In this document: in pieces, positions 17,767 through 24,123 of the stretch | How positions within the stretch are numbered: the first letter of the stretch is position 1 | How the letters are laid out: each line of letters opens with the position of its first letter | Assembly (NCBI GenBank): GCA_902761035.1 | Contig: CACWIW010000015.1 | Coordinates: forward strand, 1,586-65,585 | Reading direction: 5' to 3' | Origin: an uncultured bacterium | GTDB taxonomy: Bacteria > Verrucomicrobiota > Kiritimatiellia > RFP12 > UBA1067 | Length of the DNA stretch: 64,000 nucleotides | Translations under genes and position numbers: made by a program | The notes under the pieces: model-generated | What the model was told of the DNA's origin: nothing | Database searches by the model: none | What the model saw: only the letters and a program-made list of their open reading frames with translations

Positions 17767-20700
17767 ATGCCCAAAATATCATTTGTCGTTCCCGTATGCA
17801 ACACCGCGCAGTTTCTGTCCGCGACGCTCGACAGCATCCTCGCGCAGACGTACAGAAACATCGAAGTCATCTGTTCCAACGACTGTTCGACAGACTCGTC
17901 ATCGCAGATGCTCGACGAGTATGCAAAGAAAGACTCCCGCGTCAAAGTAGTGACGGCCGAGAAAAACGGCGGGGTTTCGTGCGCGCGAAATCAGGGGTTG
18001 GAACATGTGACCGGCGAATACGTTTGGTTCTTTGATTCGGACAACCTCCTTCATCCCCAGGCGGCGGAGATCATGCTCCGCGCCTGTGAGGGCAACAAAG
18101 CCGATTTCGCCTATACGCCGGTCGAGCGCGTCCAAGAGGAGGCTGCGCTTGCCGATTGCGTCAAGCCTGTTGCCTGCACGGTGGAATGCATGGCCAGCCC
18201 GACCGATCCCTACAGATTGTACGGCAACGACTATGGGATGCAGCACATATTGGCGAAGGCGGAGCTTGTAAGGGATAACAGATTCGAGCGGGGGGTGACT
18301 TATGGCGAGGATGTCCTTTTTGTGTATCGATTCCTCATCAAGAACCCCAAAGGCGTGTATATCCACGAACCGCTTGTTTACTACCGCCAGAGGGAGTCTT
18401 TGGCCGTTCAAGGCCAGGGAGGTGTGCGCATACAAAGAAGTGTAGACCGCGTGGTAGAATGCCTCAAACCGCTTCTGATGCTTGACATGCCATCCGAGAC
18501 AAGGACGGTTTTGACACGATGGCTTAAAGCCAATAACGCTGGTAGCCTGCCGCAGCTGGAAAGCGAAAGCTCTTGCTACGCCGTCATGGCATCTGACGAT
18601 ATCCGGGCGAAATCGACATCCGGCGGCGTGTTCACCGTCTTGGCGGAGGATGTCATCGCGCACGGCGGTTGCGTGGCCGGCGCGGTCTATGCGAACGACT
18701 GGTCGGTTAAACACGAATTGGTCGAAACCGTTGAGGGCATAGCGGCCATGCGTGGCTCCAAATATGTTCGCGGCGTCATAGACAAGAACTTTCTTGCCCG
18801 TCTTGACGAGGCGGTCGCATTGGGGAGAACCGTGCTTTTCACCGGACTGCCGTGCCAGGTCGCCGCGATGCGTAAGCGTTACGGCAATCGACAGAACGTC
18901 ATTTTTCTGGATATCATCTGCCACGGCGCGCCGGATGCCAGGTTGTGGCGGAAGCGTGTGGAGGAGCTTTCGTCGGGAAGTAGGAGAATAACCGGCATCA
19001 ACTTCAGGGACAAGCGCAACGGATGGGGTGGATTGACGAGTACGTTCGCCGTGAACTATGACGACGGCTCCGAGTATGCAGTAGATCTTTACAAAGACCC
19101 TTACGGTGTGGCGTTCGGAATCGATCTGCTTCTTCCCGAAGAATGCACCCGCTGTCCGTTCTCTTGCGAAAAACGCGTAGGTGACATTACGATTGGCGAC
19201 TTCTGGGACTTGGCAAATAGTTCACTTAATGATCGCAAGGGCCTTTCATGCGTGGTCGTGAACACGCTAAGAGGCTTGGAATTGTTTGAGCGCGTCCGCA
19301 ATCGCTTTTGTCAAGCCCTGCCGTACCCTGTATCTTATGTTAAACAACCGAATTTCCACATGCCATCGCGACCGCATCCGTTCAGCAGGGAATTCCAGAA
19401 AGATGTCCTTGCTGGGATGCCGTTTGACGCGGCGGTAGCGAAGTACGCAGAGCACCCAAAAAGCGTCGCCGTGCTGAATTTCCATTGGGAACAGACGAAT
19501 TTCGGGGCGATACTCACGTCTTTTGCACTTTCACGGCATCTCACGGATATCGGGTGGCAGCCACAGAACATCGATTACTCCCCGCTGGATTCCGACCTCG
19601 CCGCCATGCGCGAAAATGTTGGTTTCGAGTCGTTCAGATACCGTCATCTGCCGCGGACGCGGAAAATTACGGACGGCAGATCGTTGTGGAATTATACGAA
19701 GAGGTTTAAGACGTTTATCGTCGGCAGCGATCAGGTCTGGTCTAAGAAATTGACCGAAGGCAAGGAAGATGCCTTCTACCTCTCTTTCGTCGGGCCTGGT
19801 AGGAGGCTGATTGCGGCTGCGGCGAGTTTTGGGATGGTACCGGCTGCCGAACGGGACGAGGAAGCTCTGACGGCGCGGCTCAGGGTCTTCAGTGCCATCA
19901 GCGTGCGGGAAATGCAAGACGCACAAACAGTCAGGAATCTTGTGGGTAAAGGCGAGTGCGTCCCGGATCCAGTATTTTGGGTCGATCGGTCGGTCTGGGA
20001 CGAGCTTGCCGACAAGGCGAAGCGCAAAACCGTTGGAAAGGTCGTCGTCTATAGCGTAAACATGTCGGAGACTGCGGGGATTCTGAAGTTTCTTGAGATG
20101 AGCGGCCTTACGACCCCGAAAAAGCCTGCAAGGATGCTTTCCAGTTCCATGAGCCCCGAGGAATGGCTCTCGGCCATCCGTGCAGCGAAGCTTGTTGTGA
20201 CCGATTCATTTCATGGCGCATGTTTCTCGGTTTTGTTCCACACGCCTTTCATCTGCATCCAAGCGGATGAAAACCGCTCTGCACGGCACCGCACGATGTT
20301 GGAGGGACTTGGCCTTTCGGGGCATCTTTTCAAAGATGGCGAGAGTGCCTTTCAGGCTTACAGCGTCGGGATGAACGTCGACTGGGCCAAGGTGGACGAT
20401 GGGATTGCGCAGTATCGCAGCAAGGGGCGGGATTTCATAGAGTCCGCCCTCGCGACAGATGACATGGCGTCCCCGGAAATGGCGGCAGCTTGGACGCAGC
20501 TTGAAGATTACCGCAAGGAGCACCCCTGTTTGTGGACTAGAGGCCAATCTGCAATGCGGTCTGCCATGATGGCAGACGCTAAGATTTGGGCGCAGCGATG
20601 TCGGTTCAAGGAGGAGCGCGACGCACTGCGCGTGCGGGTCGAGGAACAGAAGGCTAAAGAGGCTGCGCTGTGGGCGGAACGCAGCAAGTTCTTGGAGGAG

Positions 20701-22377
20701 CGCGACGCGCTGCGCGGGCGGGTCGAGGAACAGAAGGCGAAGGAGACCGCGCTGTGGGCGGAGCGCTGCAAGTTCTTGGAGGAACGCGACGCGCTGCGCG
20801 GGCGGGTCGAGGAACAGAAGGCAAAGGAGACCGCGCTGTGGGCGGAACGCAGCAAGTTCTTGGAGGAGCGCGACGCATTGCGCGAGCGGGTAGAGGAACA
20901 GAAGGCGAAGGAGACCGCTCTGTGGGCGGAACGCTGCAAGTTCTTGGAGGAGCGCGACGCATTGCGCGAGCGGGTAGAGGAACAGAAGGCGAAAGAGACC
21001 GCGCTGTGGGCTGAGCGCTGCAAGTTCTTGGAAGAGCGCGACGCACTGCGCGGGCGGGTCGAGGAGCAGAAGGCGAAAGAGACCGCGCTGTGGGCGGAGC
21101 GCTGCAAGTTCTTGGAAGAGCGCGACGCGCTGCGCGGGCGGGTCGAGGAACAGAAGGCGAAGGAGACCGTGCTGTGGGCGGAACGCTGCAAGTTCTTGGA
21201 GGAACGCGACGCACTGCGCGGACGGATCGAGGAGCAGAAGGCGAAAGAGGCTGCGCTGTGGGCGGAGCGCAGCAAGTTCTTGGAGGAGCGTGACGCGCTG
21301 CGCGGGCGGGTCGAGGAACAGAAGGCAAAGGAGACCGCTCTGTGGGCGGAACGCTGCAAGTTCTTGAAGGAACGCGACGCACTTCGCGGGCGGGTCGAGG
21401 AACAGAAGGCGAAGGAGACCGCTCTGTGGGCGGAACGCTGCAAGTTCTTGGAGGAACGCGACGCACTTCGTGGGCGGGCCGAGGAGCAGAAGGCGAAGGA
21501 GGCTGCACTGTGGGCGGAACGGTGCAAGTTCTTGGAGGAGCGTGACGCATTGCGCGGGCGGGTCGAGGAACAGAAGGCAAAGGAGACTTCGCTGTGGGCG
21601 GAACGCTGCAAGTTCTTGGAGGAGCGTGACGCATTGCGCGGGCGGGTTGAGGAGCAGAAGGCGAAGGAGGCCGCACTGTGGGCGGAACGGTGCAAGTTCT
21701 TGGAGGAGCGTGACGCATTGCGCGGTCGGGTCGAGGAGCAGAAGGCGAAGGAGGCCTCGCTGTGGGCGGAACGCTGCAAGTTCATGGAGGAACGTGACGC
21801 ATTGCGTGGACGGGTCGAGGAACAGAAGGCGAAGGAGACCGCGCTATGGGCGGAACGGTGCAAGTTCTTGGAGGAGCGTGACGCGCTGAGCGGTAGGGTC
21901 GAGGAGCAGAGGGCGAAGGAGGCCGCGCTGTGGGCTGAGCGCGGAAAAATCATGGCCCAGCGCGATGCGCTGCGCGAACGGAATGAGGCGCAGAAGGCGA
22001 AAGAGGCAAAACTGTGGGCTGAACGCGGCAAATTCAAGGACGAGCGCGATGCGCTACTCGAACGGATTGAGGTACAGAAGGTTAAGGAGTCCAAGCTCTG
22101 GGCTGATCGCTGCAAGTTCCTGGGTGAGCGCAACGAACTTCGAATGGTGGTTGCCGAGAAGGATGCGTCACTGGCTGCGGATGCCGGCTGGATAGCGGAA
22201 CTTTGCGACGCGCTTATGGTCGCCGAAAAAGAGGTGTCGGCCCTCCGGGAGTCCGCTTCCTATAAGTTGGGGCGTGCGCTCACCAAGCCGTTCCGTGCCA
22301 TCCGTGATAGGTTCAACCAAAAAACGGCAATTAGAAATGATATAAGCCACAAAGAACAGGATAAAACAGGAGAATGA
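17767..22377 (+). CDS. Multidomain enzyme: GT2 - FrhB-like (coenzyme F420 hydrogenase beta-type Fe-S/flavin) - polysaccharide pyruvyl transferase - 19 x 28-aa helical repeat stalk - conserved tail
   Basis: ATG 17767 (MPKISFVVPVCN) follows AGGAGA; ATG 17722, which overlaps the upstream stop, is an alternative start. GT2: QTYRNIEVICSNDCSTDSS. FrhB-like at ~18570-19330: STSGGVFTVLAE, LPCQVAAMRK, CTRCPFSC. Pyruvyltransferase at ~19460-20320: VAVLNFHWEQTNFGAIL and VTDSFHGACFS. Repeats occupy 20578-22173. The tail reads SASYKLGRALTKPFRAIRDRF. Confidence 0.9.
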   Translation: MPKISFVVPVCNTAQFLSATLDSILAQTYRNIEVICSNDCSTDSSSQMLDEYAKKDSRVKVVTAEKNGGVSCARNQGLEHVTGEYVWFFDSDNLLHPQAAEIMLRACEGNKADFAYTPVERVQEEAALADCVKPVACTVECMASPTDPYRLYGNDYGMQHILAKAELVRDNRFERGVTYGEDVLFVYRFLIKNPKGVYIHEPLVYYRQRESLAVQGQGGVRIQRSVDRVVECLKPLLMLDMPSETRTVLTRWLKANNAGSLPQLESESSCYAVMASDDIRAKSTSGGVFTVLAEDVIAHGGCVAGAVYANDWSVKHELVETVEGIAAMRGSKYVRGVIDKNFLARLDEAVALGRTVLFTGLPCQVAAMRKRYGNRQNVIFLDIICHGAPDARLWRKRVEELSSGSRRITGINFRDKRNGWGGLTSTFAVNYDDGSEYAVDLYKDPYGVAFGIDLLLPEECTRCPFSCEKRVGDITIGDFWDLANSSLNDRKGLSCVVVNTLRGLELFERVRNRFCQALPYPVSYVKQPNFHMPSRPHPFSREFQKDVLAGMPFDAAVAKYAEHPKSVAVLNFHWEQTNFGAILTSFALSRHLTDIGWQPQNIDYSPLDSDLAAMRENVGFESFRYRHLPRTRKITDGRSLWNYTKRFKTFIVGSDQVWSKKLTEGKEDAFYLSFVGPGRRLIAAAASFGMVPAAERDEEALTARLRVFSAISVREMQDAQTVRNLVGKGECVPDPVFWVDRSVWDELADKAKRKTVGKVVVYSVNMSETAGILKFLEMSGLTTPKKPARMLSSSMSPEEWLSAIRAAKLVVTDSFHGACFSVLFHTPFICIQADENRSARHRTMLEGLGLSGHLFKDGESAFQAYSVGMNVDWAKVDDGIAQYRSKGRDFIESALATDDMASPEMAAAWTQLEDYRKEHPCLWTRGQSAMRSAMMADAKIWAQRCRFKEERDALRVRVEEQKAKEAALWAERSKFLEERDALRGRVEEQKAKETALWAERCKFLEERDALRGRVEEQKAKETALWAERSKFLEERDALRERVEEQKAKETALWAERCKFLEERDALRERVEEQKAKETALWAERCKFLEERDALRGRVEEQKAKETALWAERCKFLEERDALRGRVEEQKAKETVLWAERCKFLEERDALRGRIEEQKAKEAALWAERSKFLEERDALRGRVEEQKAKETALWAERCKFLKERDALRGRVEEQKAKETALWAERCKFLEERDALRGRAEEQKAKEAALWAERCKFLEERDALRGRVEEQKAKETSLWAERCKFLEERDALRGRVEEQKAKEAALWAERCKFLEERDALRGRVEEQKAKEASLWAERCKFMEERDALRGRVEEQKAKETALWAERCKFLEERDALSGRVEEQRAKEAALWAERGKIMAQRDALRERNEAQKAKEAKLWAERGKFKDERDALLERIEVQKVKESKLWADRCKFLGERNELRMVVAEKDASLAADAGWIAELCDALMVAEKEVSALRESASYKLGRALTKPFRAIRDRFNQKTAIRNDISHKEQDKTGE
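20578..22173 (+). repeat. In-frame tandem repeat, 19 x 84 bp (28 aa), inside the CDS at 17767-22377
   Basis: The unit is x-x-LWAER(C/S)KFLEERDALRGRVEEQKAKE. Unit k starts at 20578+84(k-1) and there are no indels across all 19 copies. Copy 1 and copies 17-19 are degenerate; the central copies differ at only a few positions. Confidence 0.95.
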
Positions 22378-22413
22378 GAACGCCGTGTTTTCCGTTGCGT
22401 TTTCCATAGTGTA

Positions 22414-22442
22414 TTTACAAGCCGAATGATTTTTGCTATGAT
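22414..22442 (+). promoter_or_regulatory. Sigma70-like promoter candidate with extended -10
   Basis: TTTACA (22414-22419), a 17-nt spacer, then TGcTATGAT (22434-22442). It lies in the 273-nt AT-richer gap between two GT genes. Confidence 0.4.
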
Positions 22443-22510
22443 ATACGCCGCTACATGGGTTAGGTAGAGTGTGCCCGCCCATAAAAGGCAACTGGAATGA
22501 GGCGACAATC

Positions 22511-22639
22511 GTGAAAAAAGTAATTAAACTTTGTGCAGTGAAGGCGTTAGCCATTGGCATCGCTTTCGTGCTCGCGCTCTTGTCCGAGGCGGCGACGCAG
22601 AAGGTCGGCGACGATACTGGGTGTTGCGGTGTAGCGTAG
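22511..22639 (+). CDS. Candidate 42-codon small ORF with signal-peptide-like N-terminus (MKKVIKLCAVKALAIGIAFVLALLSEAATQKVGDDTGCCGVA)
   Basis: GTG 22511 lies 8 nt after GAGG. The stop TAG (22637-22639) is embedded in the TAGGAGGGG ribosome-binding site of the next gene. The ORF lies downstream of the candidate promoter. I recognise no homology, so it is a low-confidence call. Confidence 0.3.
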   Translation: MKKVIKLCAVKALAIGIAFVLALLSEAATQKVGDDTGCCGVA

Positions 22640-22650
22640 GAGGGGCATTT

Positions 22651-24072
22651 ATGCCAAGAGTTTCAATTATAATACCTGTATATAATGTAGAAAAGTATCT
22701 TCGGCAGTGCCTTGAGTCAGTCCTCAACCAGACGCTGCGCGACATTGAGATAATATGTGTGGACGACGGTTCGACCGACGCCAGCGCGGCGATACTTAGG
22801 GAATATGCGGACAAAGACAGCCGCGTGAAGGAGCTGTTCCACGAACACACGAATGCTGGGGCGGCGCGCAACGCCGGTATGGCAGTTGCAACGGGGGAGT
22901 ATCTGGGTTTTGTCGATTCTGACGACTGGTGCGATTCGACGCTCTTCGAAAAGGCGTATGCCAAGGCCAAAGCCGATGATGCAGATGTGGTTTCGTGGCG
23001 ATTTCATCAATATGATGAACGGACGAAGAAGACGGGTACTCCGCGTGTTTTCCCTCCGTCTGTGGTGAAATCTGAAACGCCGTTTACTGCAGAGGTGCTG
23101 GGGGATGGCATTTTTGTGCCCATTACATACGCGCCGTGGGGAAGAATTGTGCGGCGTACATTCGTCATGGCGGAAGACCTTCGGTTTCAGGAGATTGTGC
23201 GGACGAACGATGTCTACTTTTGCTGCCTGGTTCGGGCTCTTGCGCCACGGCAGACGATTGTTGACGAAGTCCTTTACACCTACCGCGTAGGGACGGGGAC
23301 GAATTTGCAGGCCAACAACGCGGCGTCTCCTGCATCGGCTTTTGAAGCGTGGAAGGCTGTTGCTGAAGCGCTTGGACGGCGCGGATTGCGCGATCACATG
23401 AGAAAGGCGTTGATTTCAGCATCGGCGAATTCGTTTTTCTATACGTTGAACACGATGTCGGCAGCGTCATCATGGTGCGATTTTCATGAGCGATTGCGAA
23501 AGTTGTATGGCATGGATGCCTTTTATTCCTCAATAAATGTGGATGAAATCGATAATCCGCAGACGGCAGCCTATTTCCGCATTCTGAAGGAGACCGACGC
23601 GCCGTTGGAGTTTCTGGTTCGCCAAGAGAACTATTATCGGGAACGTTTGGCGATGGAATACTGGACGCGCATAGGTTCGCAGAAATTCAATCGCGAGTTG
23701 CAGGAATGTGAAGTTCGGATGCGTAAAGAACTTGCGGAGCAGACTATGCGTATCGACGCGCTTGGGGACGAAAAGGCGCGATTAGCTGCAGATGTCGAGT
23801 GTTTGAAAGATGAGAAGACCAAATCAGAAGCCGTTATCGGGCGACTGATGGCAGAGAAGGAGCTTATAGAAAACGCAAGAGACGAATTGCAAAAGGATAA
23901 CGTAGAGCTTTCGAAAAGAGTCGCCGAGCAGATCGAAATCAACGCTGCACTGCAGAACCGGATTGCGCAAGAGCGCATTGACAAGGAGACGTTGAAACGT
24001 TCTCTGTCATATCGCATTGGCCGCGCTGTAACATGGTTGCCAAGGTATATCTTGGGCAGCTTTCGAAGATAA
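22651..24072 (+). CDS. GT2 glycosyltransferase with ~125-aa C-terminal coiled coil and conserved tail
   Basis: ATG 22651 follows TAGGAGGGG (the ORF opens at 22531). The GT2 head reads MPRVSIIIPVYNVEKYLRQCLESVLNQTLRDIEIICVDDGSTDAS. The coiled coil spans ~23690-23990. The tail reads SLSYRIGRAVTWLPRYILGSFRR. Confidence 0.9.
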   Translation: MPRVSIIIPVYNVEKYLRQCLESVLNQTLRDIEIICVDDGSTDASAAILREYADKDSRVKELFHEHTNAGAARNAGMAVATGEYLGFVDSDDWCDSTLFEKAYAKAKADDADVVSWRFHQYDERTKKTGTPRVFPPSVVKSETPFTAEVLGDGIFVPITYAPWGRIVRRTFVMAEDLRFQEIVRTNDVYFCCLVRALAPRQTIVDEVLYTYRVGTGTNLQANNAASPASAFEAWKAVAEALGRRGLRDHMRKALISASANSFFYTLNTMSAASSWCDFHERLRKLYGMDAFYSSINVDEIDNPQTAAYFRILKETDAPLEFLVRQENYYRERLAMEYWTRIGSQKFNRELQECEVRMRKELAEQTMRIDALGDEKARLAADVECLKDEKTKSEAVIGRLMAEKELIENARDELQKDNVELSKRVAEQIEINAALQNRIAQERIDKETLKRSLSYRIGRAVTWLPRYILGSFRR

Positions 24073-24123
24073 AATTGTTGAATGATGTGGAAGAATGAGT
24101 CTAAATTGCCTGAGGAGAAGCCA

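Noticed and set aside
20508-22133. Long ORFs on the minus strand (541 aa and 354 aa), and several 67-139-aa plus-strand ORFs in other frames, inside the 84-bp repeat array.
   Set aside because: They are periodic mirror images of the repeat. They stay open only because one stop-free unit is copied 19 times, and they encode low-complexity S/A/R/P strings. They have no start context, and they overlap a sense frame that has clear domain continuity on both sides.
20578-22173. The regular 84-bp array considered as a CRISPR or other non-coding repeat locus.
   Set aside because: There are no unique spacers. The units are contiguous, in frame with the flanking enzyme domains, and under obvious protein-level constraint. 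No cas genes are present.
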